Assembly (NCBI GenBank): GCA_033763455.1
Contig: JANRKO010000043.1
Location: 1-64,000 of the forward strand
Direction: 5' to 3'
Length of the DNA: 64,000 nucleotides
From: Polyangiaceae bacterium
GTDB taxonomy: Bacteria > Myxococcota_A > Polyangia > Polyangiales > Polyangiaceae
Made by a program: the position numbers and the translations under genes
Part shown: positions 47,826 to 57,009 of the stretch, in pieces
How positions within the stretch are numbered: the first letter of the stretch is position 1
Layout of the letters: each line of letters starts with the position of its first letter
The notes under the pieces: generated by a model
Database searches by the model: none
The model's input: only the letters and a program-made list of their open reading frames with translations
What the model was told of the DNA's origin: nothing

Positions 47826-48347
47826 ATGCGGAGTTTTTCGGTTTTGGAATGGGCGCTTGGCGTATCGGTCGGAGGGTCCGTGTTGGCCGTAGTTTTGCCC
47901 ACGTTCTTGAAGAACGTGCATGCCTCGCGCGTGAATGAGCCCGTCGAATCTCTGAATCGGATAGCCCAACGTGCCACGGCCCTTGCCGCGGGCCGGAGCA
48001 TTGAGTCGGCGTATCCAGAATCGGTACCGCTCACTCCGGCAAAAGTTCCGAGGGGGGAGGCTGTGGTGGATCCACCGGGAACCTGGGACCACCCCACTTG
48101 GCGACGGCTGAACTTCGGCTTTTCGGTGCCGCACAGCTATAGTTTCAGCTTTGAAAGCCAATCGCCTCAGGTCTCAGGGGATGGCGCTGCTGCCCAAGCG
48201 CCGCGGGATTACGCTACGTTTGTGGCCCGCGCGTTTGGCGATCTGGATGGGGATGGAGCACTCAGCACTTTCGAAATCAGTGGGGAGTCACGGCAGGGGC
48301 AGACGCCCTTGATCCGACCCTTGGTGGTGCACCGCGAGGTCGAGTAA
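47826..48347 (+). CDS. Pilin-like protein 4 (atypical N-terminus)
   Basis: RS/FSVLE followed by a hydrophobic helix; shares W..L.F and A.GDLDGDG..STF with the upstream pilins. Confidence 0.75.
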   Translation: MRSFSVLEWALGVSVGGSVLAVVLPTFLKNVHASRVNEPVESLNRIAQRATALAAGRSIESAYPESVPLTPAKVPRGEAVVDPPGTWDHPTWRRLNFGFSVPHSYSFSFESQSPQVSGDGAAAQAPRDYATFVARAFGDLDGDGALSTFEISGESRQGQTPLIRPLVVHREVE

Positions 48348-48356
48348 TCTCAACGA

Positions 48357-49268
48357 GTGCGCCTGTTCCGATTCGTCGCCCTTGCCGTTGCTAGTCTTGG
48401 CGTGTTGCTCGTGGTCCAGGTTCGGGCTCCGCTGGCGGAGACCTTCCACGAATTGAAAACCGAGAAAGATGTCTATCCGCTGCCGCCCCCAGAGCAGGCG
48501 GTGGCGCTCAGCCTAGGTTATCGCGCCGCGTTGGCCGACATGATCTTCGCGCAGCTACTGGTTTCTTATGGGCTCCACTTCCAGGAGCGGCGCCTACTCG
48601 AATTCACTGGCAGCTACCTAGACACCATCAACGCGCTCGATCCACAGTTTCGCACACCCTACATGTTGGCGGACACGCTGCTCACGATTCAGCCCGTGCC
48701 TCCTCCGCGACGGAACTACTGGAAGGCTCGTGAAGTGTTAGAGCGTGGAATGCGGTCGTTTCCATTCGATTCCGAGCTTCACATCAACGCTGGCCAATAC
48801 ATGCTCTATCTCGGCATGGATGCCGTTAAGGAACCGGCCGAAAAGGAAGAATGGAAAGCCGCTGGAGGTCGCGCATTGGCGCGCGCATGCGAAGTTTTGG
48901 GTGACCAGAAGAACCTTCCCTTTCACTGCATACACGCTGCGGCTTTGCTTGAAAAAGAGGGAAAACGCGCCGCGATGCTGGCCTTCGTGCGTAAGGTCTT
49001 GGCGGTGGTGGATGATCCTGAAATCCGCGAGAAGGCGCTGCGTTACCTGGAGTTCGCAGAAGGCGAGGAGCAGCGTGCCATTGCGGCCGCCCGACTCGAT
49101 CGAATCGGCAAGGAACGGGCAAAAGATGCGCCGTATCTTTCGCGAGATCTTTACGCACTCTTACCGCCGCCATACAGCGCTTTGGCGTGTTTAGGCGCCC
49201 GTAGCACCGAGCCCGCTTGCGCAACCAGTTGGTACGAACGAGGCGATGCTCTCGCCTCGCGGCCTTAG
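48357..49268 (+). CDS. Pilus-associated TPR-like membrane-anchored protein (possibly PilG-like)
   Basis: N-terminal TM helix; LGY....AD, LDP.F..PY and A..VLERG...FP motifs; position downstream of the pilins. Confidence 0.6.
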   Translation: MRLFRFVALAVASLGVLLVVQVRAPLAETFHELKTEKDVYPLPPPEQAVALSLGYRAALADMIFAQLLVSYGLHFQERRLLEFTGSYLDTINALDPQFRTPYMLADTLLTIQPVPPPRRNYWKAREVLERGMRSFPFDSELHINAGQYMLYLGMDAVKEPAEKEEWKAAGGRALARACEVLGDQKNLPFHCIHAAALLEKEGKRAAMLAFVRKVLAVVDDPEIREKALRYLEFAEGEEQRAIAAARLDRIGKERAKDAPYLSRDLYALLPPPYSALACLGARSTEPACATSWYERGDALASRP

Positions 49269-49274
49269 CGAGCT

Positions 49275-51038
49275 CTACTGAAACCGAACCGCTGCCGTTT
49301 TCGTTTCCCCGGCTTCGACAGTTACCGTTTGCACCTTACGACCGAGCTGGGCATGTACGAACACGACCGTGTGCGTCCCGGCGGGGACAGAGATACCTAG
49401 CTTCGGCGTCGCGCCGAGGGGGCGCCCGTCCAAAATAACGTTCGATACGGGGATTGAATTGAGATTCAGGCGCGCGCCGCCCGCCGCAGTGGCAGGGGCC
49501 GCCTTCGCAGCGGTGGCGACCGCTGTGCTGGGGGTTGGCGAATGCGTGGGGGAAGACACGGCAGCTGTGCTGGGCTCAGGTGCACCCTTGCGCTGAAGCC
49601 GAACGGTGTAGGTTCGCGAGGGTTGCCCATCTTCGAAGCGGATGTCTTCCTTGTAATCTTCGAAACCATCTCTCGTTGCTAGGATGGAGTAGCCCTTGGA
49701 AACATCGATGAGCTTGAGATTCGCCGGTAATACGGGCACGCGCCGACGTTCGGAGCCGGTGACGAGAAGCACGGAAGCCTTGGAAGCATTTTCGCCCTCC
49801 TCGATCTTCACTTGCCCCATTAGGACCTTGAGCTTCGGCTCTAGCTTAATAATCTTGTCGGCTACGACGGTGACGGTCTGTTCGAAGGGGGCGAGCTCGT
49901 AATTTTCGTTCTTGTCGCTCTCAACGCGGATCTTGTGCTCGCCGGGCGTCATGTCGCTGATGGGTTGCGCTAATGGCAACGCGCCGATCTTCTGACCATC
50001 AATGAATAGATTTAGCCCAGGAATATCTGCGGAAACGCTGATCCCGGTGCCTTGGCTCGCATTGCGCAGTGTGAGCTGCACGGGCGATTCTTTTCCGGCC
50101 TCAATGACCACCGGAAGTTCGGCGAGTGTCTCGTAGCCTGGCGCACTGGCGTAGACGGTGTGGTTGCCCTTCGAGAGCTCCGCGGCTCGGCATGGTGAGC
50201 TTTCGCAGGCGAGCTTGCCGTCAACGTAGACCTGAACCTGATCGAGCTTCTTATCGCGAGGGCCAGCCACTGCCACGAGGAGCGAGCCCGGCCGAGAGCC
50301 TAGGTAGACCGCGACTCCCGCCACGACCCCGAACACTACGAGCACTAGCGCGGCGAGCCAAACAAGACCCTTGGCTGAACTCGGTGCCGGAGCCTGCACC
50401 GGCGCAAACACGGGGGCTGGGGCTGCGGCGACTGCGGGTGCGGCCGTGGGCGGACGCAACCCTGCCGGCTTCCCATCGTTCAGTAACGAAGTGACCGAAG
50501 GCGCACCAGAGGGTCGCGCAAGTGGAGGCATCGCGGGAGTCCCCGCTGCCGGCCCTGGTGCCCGCAGAAATGACGGCGCCATATCTTCCCGCCCAAACAC
50601 GGTGGTTGCCTCATCCTCGTCGTCCCAATCCATCTGCACCCCAGTGCCAGGGGCAGAAGGGGGCGGTGGTGGGGGTGGCGCAACGATGCCGTGAGGAATT
50701 GCGGCGGAAGGCGGTGGCGGTGGTGGAACCGTTGTTGGGATGGACGCAGGACCAGAACCCGCAGCTGACTCGGGCGGACGACTCGTGACCCGGGAAGGTG
50801 GCGGTGCCGGTGGCTTACTAAATTTCGATGGAGGAGGCGGGGGTGCCAACGGTGCTGCCGATGATGCTTTGCTACCGGGCGGTGGAGGAAGTGGCGGTGC
50901 CGCCATTCCCAGCAGCGTTTTTTTGCCAGGAGGCGGCGGCGGCGCCGGCGCACGCGTGGCAGCGGCGGGCATACTTGGCCTGCTCTTTTTGGTCAGGCTG
51001 TCAAAGACTTCTAGATCCGATCCGCCCTTCTGGCTCAT
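49275..51038 (-). CDS. PEGA-domain membrane protein with a Pro-rich cytoplasmic N-terminus
   Basis: TM helix, repeated V.VDG..G.H.V modules, LNSIP.SNV.LDGRPLG.TP. Confidence 0.85.
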   Translation of the reverse strand: MSQKGGSDLEVFDSLTKKSRPSMPAAATRAPAPPPPPGKKTLLGMAAPPLPPPPGSKASSAAPLAPPPPPSKFSKPPAPPPSRVTSRPPESAAGSGPASIPTTVPPPPPPSAAIPHGIVAPPPPPPPSAPGTGVQMDWDDEDEATTVFGREDMAPSFLRAPGPAAGTPAMPPLARPSGAPSVTSLLNDGKPAGLRPPTAAPAVAAAPAPVFAPVQAPAPSSAKGLVWLAALVLVVFGVVAGVAVYLGSRPGSLLVAVAGPRDKKLDQVQVYVDGKLACESSPCRAAELSKGNHTVYASAPGYETLAELPVVIEAGKESPVQLTLRNASQGTGISVSADIPGLNLFIDGQKIGALPLAQPISDMTPGEHKIRVESDKNENYELAPFEQTVTVVADKIIKLEPKLKVLMGQVKIEEGENASKASVLLVTGSERRRVPVLPANLKLIDVSKGYSILATRDGFEDYKEDIRFEDGQPSRTYTVRLQRKGAPEPSTAAVSSPTHSPTPSTAVATAAKAAPATAAGGARLNLNSIPVSNVILDGRPLGATPKLGISVPAGTHTVVFVHAQLGRKVQTVTVEAGETKTAAVRFQ

Positions 51039-51305
51039 CCGGTGCGTTCTCCTAAAGGTTTCTTAACAACCGTTGGTATTGGTTGCAGGTTACCAACAGT
51101 CAAAAGTTCTTGTACGGCCCGAAGCGCCACGGCTTGCGGGCTCTGCCTGCTCTGGCGTTGCTTGGCCCCTTACATTCCACAGGAGCGTGCAGTGTTCTAG
51201 TCCAAATTTCGCAAAAACGCTGCTAATTTGCGATCAGACGGTGGCTTTTGCCAAACGGCATGAGAGCTCGCCTCCAATGTGGGCACCGCAACGACATCTA
51301 GTATT

Positions 51306-53846
51306 TTACGGTCTTTGAAGTGGAGCCCACTCGCTTGCTGGCACGACGGGAGTATTCGGGAATAGGCGTTCTACTGCACTATTCCGACCCCGAACGAGCT
51401 GGATGACGCCACGCGCTAAGGGCGCACCTCCTTCGGAGAGGCCAAGCTTTCGGGCAAGAAGCAGGATCGTATCGGCTCCTTGAAGCTTCATGAAGTCAGA
51501 GAACTCGGGCCCAGAAAGCTCCGCAGCACCCGGGAGCTCGATGACCAGCAGCATGCCTTCACGAGTGACGGCGAGCGCGCCGGTGGCAGCGGTTAGCCGG
51601 GGGTCCGTGTCGGCCCAACCACTGGTAAGCCACTGAACGCTTTGCCCGTTCGGTGCCAACTTGGAGATGACGAATGCCCCGTCAGCCAGCCAGAGGCTTG
51701 AGCTGCCCACGAAGGGCTGCGTCGGCGTCCGCAGCGCGCAGACAAGGGAAGGGGAGGCGGGCACATCTCGCACGACCTCGAGGAGCTTTGGGTCCAGAGA
51801 GATGGCCGTGGCTGCGAGCGTGGGCTTTTTGGGGCTAACACGGATCTCGGTTCGAGCAAGAGCCGGGGGCCAGGCCTTGGGCCCCGCGTGGCTCGTTGAC
51901 CACTGGCCTTCATTGGGTAACGGCGGCGATATAACGCTTGTGAGCGCCGGCCCCGGTAGTAGCTGCTTCAATGTCAGGTAGAAAAAATCGCGCGTTTGAC
52001 GCGTTAAATAGCGCGGGAAATGCATCAGCGACATGTATCTGAGCATGCGCCGCGCCTGAAACTCGTATCCGGGCAGCTCGGGCACGCTTCCCTGGCTTTC
52101 CCACTCGGGTTCAAGTGCGCGGCGTAGGATGGGCAGTTTACCCGCGCGCTCAATGTGGTAAAATTCAAGCCCTACATGCCCCGGGTTCATGTCCAGGTGC
52201 ACACCGTAGTCGCAACGCGCCTGTTGCATCGCCGAGCTAAGTTGCTTCGGCGCTAACGCGTTTCCGTAAAAATACGCCACGAATGCCTCACGCGTCAGGC
52301 ACAGCCCACTGCGAAGAGTGCGAGCATCGTCTTCCCAGCCTTCGGGCGTTCCTCCCCAGAAGTGCCGAGCGTAAGGATTCTGAACCCCATCTGCGATGAG
52401 CGGCGTTAAATTTTGTCTCAAGGAAATGAAACGTGGACCTGCTGGCGTGGGGGTGGCGGGCCAGGTTCCGAAGCCTGTGACACCCCCCGGCAACTCTGCG
52501 ATGGTGGCGGCAAACGGCTTTGGGGGGATCAGTACTTCGCCTTCGCTCTTCATTCCAAAACGACCATGGCGTCCCAAAAAAGCGCCGTTAAAGGCAGCAA
52601 CCAAGTGCCCGATGCGTGCTCTCGGTATCAGTCCGGAACCTGTGACCCCAGTCGCGGATCTCGGTTCGTCCGTGCCACTCACTGCGGACAGCGCCACTTG
52701 CCTCGGGTCCCAGAGCGTGATGTACACCTCCGACATTGGTTGGTTCCGATCGGTTCGCAGGAATGTTGTAGCGAACGGATTCGGATAGGTGGCATTGGTT
52801 TTGATGAAGGGATCACCTTCAAGTGATCGCCATTCCCCTTCACCAGGCAGCGATGGCGTAGCCAGGGGAGCGAGGGCCAACGGCGGAAAGCCCAGTTCTA
52901 GCCTCTGCTCTTCCGTCCGCGCCGCTTCCACACGCCTGGGGGGGCCGAGCTCGGCCTGGATTTCCTCCGCACCGTTGTCGGAGCTCTGAAACACACCGCG
53001 GGCGCGCTCCAGGAGCTTGAACCCCAGGGCTTTTAGCAGTTGCACTTGCTCATCGCCGACCCAGGAGATCGCACGCAGGCGGTCGATTCCCCAGTTAAGC
53101 AGGCGGGGGGGTAAGGCCTGGGCCTTTGGGTACGCGCGCACGGCATCGAACTTCGATTCCGAACCCATCGAGCCAGGTACAAATTGGGTGTGTGTGCCAC
53201 GGAGGAGCGCCAGCCTGTCTCGATCGAAGGCGTACGCGTCGGGTGCATCGTTGGTTTCAAAGAGCAACGTGGTGCGCCGAATGCCAGTCCAGGTTCCGGC
53301 TTCTTGAAGGTTGGTTACGCCAGCCTGAAGTCGAGCGAGCCAGGGCCAGTCGAGCGGGGGCGCTTGTCCAGAAAGATCGAGAAACCCGAGTCGCACGGAC
53401 CCCGCGGTGCCAGCCGTGAACAACACTCGGCTTCCTGCGACCTTTACCCGCGATTCGTCTGCCGCTTCGGTGTCGGTGAGCGTGTAAACGTCTGTTGCTC
53501 GCAACAGGTACCCTTCGGGCGAAAGCTCGCCTTTGACGAGAAATAGGTCATTGGGAGAGCCTTTGGTGTGAGCTCTTAAAAGCGCGCTGATGCCGCGGCG
53601 TAGCCCTGGAGATTGGTCGAGGATGCGCACTTCCTCGGGGCTAGCCTCCCGAGCTTTCTCTGCTCTTACGATACCTACGAGGGCCCTTCGGATATCGCGT
53701 TCATGAGTGATGGCTGAGGGTAGGGTGGTCTGCGTCGCTGCAGCCACGCCAACGCAAAGGGCCACGACAGCGAGGCGATAGCCGTATCGCGTTTCCTGCC
53801 TACGTTTGTGGCTACTTGGGGCTTGAAACGTCAACTCAGTTGGCAC
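51306..53846 (-). CDS. Large exported hypothetical protein with a phosphodiester glycosidase (NAGPA)-like central domain
   Basis: LVAAFNGAF, RQNLTPLI.DG, RSGL and A.C.YG.HLDMN resemble the NGG.F/R.A.G/LDGG motifs of that family. Confidence 0.55.
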   Translation of the reverse strand: MPTELTFQAPSSHKRRQETRYGYRLAVVALCVGVAAATQTTLPSAITHERDIRRALVGIVRAEKAREASPEEVRILDQSPGLRRGISALLRAHTKGSPNDLFLVKGELSPEGYLLRATDVYTLTDTEAADESRVKVAGSRVLFTAGTAGSVRLGFLDLSGQAPPLDWPWLARLQAGVTNLQEAGTWTGIRRTTLLFETNDAPDAYAFDRDRLALLRGTHTQFVPGSMGSESKFDAVRAYPKAQALPPRLLNWGIDRLRAISWVGDEQVQLLKALGFKLLERARGVFQSSDNGAEEIQAELGPPRRVEAARTEEQRLELGFPPLALAPLATPSLPGEGEWRSLEGDPFIKTNATYPNPFATTFLRTDRNQPMSEVYITLWDPRQVALSAVSGTDEPRSATGVTGSGLIPRARIGHLVAAFNGAFLGRHGRFGMKSEGEVLIPPKPFAATIAELPGGVTGFGTWPATPTPAGPRFISLRQNLTPLIADGVQNPYARHFWGGTPEGWEDDARTLRSGLCLTREAFVAYFYGNALAPKQLSSAMQQARCDYGVHLDMNPGHVGLEFYHIERAGKLPILRRALEPEWESQGSVPELPGYEFQARRMLRYMSLMHFPRYLTRQTRDFFYLTLKQLLPGPALTSVISPPLPNEGQWSTSHAGPKAWPPALARTEIRVSPKKPTLAATAISLDPKLLEVVRDVPASPSLVCALRTPTQPFVGSSSLWLADGAFVISKLAPNGQSVQWLTSGWADTDPRLTAATGALAVTREGMLLVIELPGAAELSGPEFSDFMKLQGADTILLLARKLGLSEGGAPLARGVIQLVRGRNSAVERLFPNTPVVPASEWAPLQRP

Positions 53847-53980
53847 TCTAACTCGGTAGCTTGAGGCTGGTCGCCCGGGTTCAAGCAGACTACCACCGAC
53901 TTTTTCGCAGGAAGAAGAATACCTGCGTGGCGTTTCGGTACGGCCCGCAGTTCGGCACGCGGCGTGCTAATGTGCACCCG

Positions 53981-54313
53981 ATGTTCCGCCGCCGCGCCCT
54001 ATTTGCCGTATCACTCGCGCTGGTCGGAGCGAGCTGCCTTTCCCCCACCTTGCCGCTTCCGCCGCCAAGTCAGCCCTCCGTACAAGGGCCGGACGCCAAC
54101 GGGCAGGTTCGCCTGTCTGGAACAGTCCTTCCGCGGTCTCAGGTGGTGGCTATCAACCTACGAACCGACGAAATCGCGGGGCAGAATACCGAGAGTGGAA
54201 GTTACGACTTCATGATTCGCGCGCAGATCGGGGACAACCTCAGCTTCTTCTACATTACCAAGACTCACGAAAGCTCGCCGCTCAATTTGGTAATCCGCGC
54301 GCCGCAGCCTTAA
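53981..54313 (+). CDS. Small lipoprotein
   Basis: MFRRR...LVGASC lipobox-like; ATG 53981 is preceded by an extended -10 TGCTAATGT. Confidence 0.7.
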   Translation: MFRRRALFAVSLALVGASCLSPTLPLPPPSQPSVQGPDANGQVRLSGTVLPRSQVVAINLRTDEIAGQNTESGSYDFMIRAQIGDNLSFFYITKTHESSPLNLVIRAPQP

Positions 54314-54383
54314 GTGTGTTGCTCGGCTCAGCCGTGGCCCCGCCCCAAGAGCGCTGGCGTGTTGCCCATCATGGGCTGCCGAT

Positions 54384-55844
54384 CTAGGCCAGTGTTCGCA
54401 GGGGCCGGCGACTGGGATTTGTGGGGGCGCGCTTGTGCCGCACAGCAGCGACCGGAAGGAGTGGTTCTTCGTCCAAGACCTCGGCGTGTAGATCGTAGTC
54501 CTGGGCCTCTACCACCTCGGCCCGCCGGATCTCTCCGGGAAGTGCGGGACCGGACAAGAACACTTGGCCGTCGATATCCGGCGCCTGCCCGCGGTGACGC
54601 CCCACCATGACAAGTTCGCTTTCCTCGCTTGGCCCTTCCACCAAGATCTCAAGTGTCTTCCCGATCAGAGCGTCGTTAATTTCGCGGCTAATCGTGCGCT
54701 GGACTTCAGTGAGCTCAAGGGCTCGCTCGTGGGCGAGCTTAGGATCTACCTTTCCGGCAAGCTCAGAAGATGCGGCGCTACTCTCATCCGAGTACTCAAA
54801 AACACCGACTCGATCGAAGCGTGCCCACTTCACAAAATCCACTAGCTCTCGAAACTCCGTTTCGGTTTCGCCTGGGTGCCCCACAATGAAGGCGGTTCGG
54901 AATGTGAGCTCCGGTACGTGGGTGCGCAAGCGTGTAACGAGGTCGCGCAACCGTTGCCCACCGTGGCCACGCTTCATCCTTCTTAACATGTTATCTGCCG
55001 CATGTTGGATTGGCATGTCCACGTACGGCACGACTTTCGGGTGATTCGCCAAGAGGTCCACGAACGCATCATCTAATTTTTCTGGGTATAAGTAGAAGAC
55101 ACGGACCCAGTGCACCCCGTCGATATCAGCGAGCTCACGAACGGTGTTGGCTAAAGTGCCGCCGTCTTTCAGATCGCGCCCGTAAGCTACGGTGTCTTGT
55201 GACACCAGGTTGAGTTCGCGCACTCCGAGATCCACCAAACGCTTGGCTTCCGAGACGATGTCGATAGCCGTGCGGGACCGTTGTTTACCTCGGAGTTGCG
55301 GAATCACGCAAAATGAGCAGCTGCGATTGCAGCCCTCCGCCAGCTTCAAATACGCGCTCGCGCCCCGGGTGCTGAGAGTCCGCGGGTCATCCGCGCTTAC
55401 GACCCAATCCTGCGGTCTGCCCACGAACATGCGAGGGGCGGTGCCGCCGAAGACGTCTTTCATGCGCAGCATGTCGCTTGACCCCAAGAAGTGGTCGACC
55501 TCTGGCATCCCTTCGGCCAACTCGTTCGGGTACCGCTGGCTCAAGCAACCTGTGACCACCAGCCGTTTGCAGTTGCCGGATGTTTTTAGCTTGGCGAGCT
55601 CCAGGATGGTTTCGATGCTTTCTTGCTTGGCGGCATCGATAAATCCACAAGTGTTCACCACGATCACTTCGGCGTCCTCGGCGTCGTTCACCTGCCGATA
55701 CCCGGAAGCTTCAGCCACCCCCAGCATTACCTCCGAATCAACCCGATTTTTCGGGCAGCCAAGGCTCACAAAGTGTACCTTGCCAAAACCCGAAGAGGCT
55801 GCCTTCGTGCCGGCCTTCTTTTTGGGGGCAGTGGTAGAAGCCAT
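54384..55844 (-). CDS. rimO: Ribosomal protein S12 methylthiotransferase
   Basis: SLGCPKNRVDSE, NTCGFI, EGCNRSCSFC.IP motifs; TRAM domain with APDIDG. Confidence 0.96.
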   Translation of the reverse strand: MASTTAPKKKAGTKAASSGFGKVHFVSLGCPKNRVDSEVMLGVAEASGYRQVNDAEDAEVIVVNTCGFIDAAKQESIETILELAKLKTSGNCKRLVVTGCLSQRYPNELAEGMPEVDHFLGSSDMLRMKDVFGGTAPRMFVGRPQDWVVSADDPRTLSTRGASAYLKLAEGCNRSCSFCVIPQLRGKQRSRTAIDIVSEAKRLVDLGVRELNLVSQDTVAYGRDLKDGGTLANTVRELADIDGVHWVRVFYLYPEKLDDAFVDLLANHPKVVPYVDMPIQHAADNMLRRMKRGHGGQRLRDLVTRLRTHVPELTFRTAFIVGHPGETETEFRELVDFVKWARFDRVGVFEYSDESSAASSELAGKVDPKLAHERALELTEVQRTISREINDALIGKTLEILVEGPSEESELVMVGRHRGQAPDIDGQVFLSGPALPGEIRRAEVVEAQDYDLHAEVLDEEPLLPVAAVRHKRAPTNPSRRPLRTLA

Positions 55845-55855
55845 GTTGTTCGGAA

Positions 55856-56992
55856 CTATCCGTTCATTGCTCGCGTGAAGCGCTCGAAAAGGTAGAGGGC
55901 ATCGTGGGGGCCAGCGGCCGCCTCGGGGTGATACTGCACACTGAACGCGTTTGCTTCGGGGGCTTCCAGACCCTCGCTGGTGCCATCGTTAAGATGAATA
56001 TGAGTGCTCTTGGCGAGCGCTCCGAGAGATCCTACATCGACCACAAAACCGTGATTTTGACTGGTAATTTCGATGCGCCCAGTCTTCAGATCTTTTACCG
56101 GTTGGTTAATGCCTCGGTGACCGAACTTGAGCTTGTAGGTCTTGGCTCCAAGGGCGAGGCTCAACAACTGGTGCCCCAAACAGATCCCAAAAATCGGCTT
56201 TTTACCCAAAAGCTCTTTGATAGTCTGGACGGCGTAGCCTACGGCCGCCGGATCGCCTGGCCCGTTGGAGAGAAAGATCCCATCCGGGTTTTGAGCTAGA
56301 ATATTAGTCGCGCTGGTGCTGGCGGGCACGGCTGTTACGTCGCAGCCGGCGTCTACCAGGCAACGCAAGATGTTGCGCTTCATTCCAAAATCTAGCGCCA
56401 CCACCTTGTGGCGTTTGGCGAGCACTGGTGCTGGCGTTGCGCCGATCTCAAAGGGGGTGCCCCATATGCCGCGCGATTCTGAGAAGTGGTACGCTTGTTT
56501 GGGCGTTACCCTGGCGACCAGATCGAGGCCTTCCATGTTGGGGGCCGCTCGCGCGCGATCTACAAGTGTTGCTGGGGCTTCCGTTCCAATGCAGGCGTTC
56601 TGGCTACCGTGGTCCCGTAGGTGGCGCGTGAGTCGCCGGGTATCCACCCCGGTGATAGCGACGATATTATGCCGGGTGAGGTACGCTTCTAGCGTCTCCT
56701 CCGAGCGCCAGTTGGAGACGATGGGGCTGAGGTCGCGCATCACGAATCCTGCTACTTGCGGCGCGCCATCAACGCTCTCAGCATCTTCGCTGTTGATGCC
56801 CGTATTGCCAATTTGCGGGGACGTCATCGTTACCAGTTGCCCCGCGTATGACGGGTCGGTGAGTACCTCTTGGTACCCGGTCATGCCGGTAGTGAACACC
56901 GCTTCGCCCAAAGTGTGGCCCGCGGCTCCGCACGCGAAGCCGTCGAATATCGTCCCGTCTGCTAGGGCTAAGTAGGCGCGTTCTCGCTTCAT
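55856..56992 (-). CDS. carA: Carbamoyl-phosphate synthase small subunit
   Basis: GE.VF.TGMTGYQE.LTDPSY, LSNGPGDP, GICLGHQ, SQNHGF and QYHPEA motifs. Confidence 0.98.
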   Translation of the reverse strand: MKRERAYLALADGTIFDGFACGAAGHTLGEAVFTTGMTGYQEVLTDPSYAGQLVTMTSPQIGNTGINSEDAESVDGAPQVAGFVMRDLSPIVSNWRSEETLEAYLTRHNIVAITGVDTRRLTRHLRDHGSQNACIGTEAPATLVDRARAAPNMEGLDLVARVTPKQAYHFSESRGIWGTPFEIGATPAPVLAKRHKVVALDFGMKRNILRCLVDAGCDVTAVPASTSATNILAQNPDGIFLSNGPGDPAAVGYAVQTIKELLGKKPIFGICLGHQLLSLALGAKTYKLKFGHRGINQPVKDLKTGRIEITSQNHGFVVDVGSLGALAKSTHIHLNDGTSEGLEAPEANAFSVQYHPEAAAGPHDALYLFERFTRAMNG

Positions 56993-57009
56993 ACAGTTAC
57001 TTCTCGAGC

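Noticed and set aside
53953..53968. Sigma-54 promoter (CGGCAC-N5-GTGCT) before the small lipoprotein
   Set aside because: Cannot be separated from the overlapping extended -10 TGCTAATGT, which fits the start-codon spacing equally well; not listed as a sigma-54 site.
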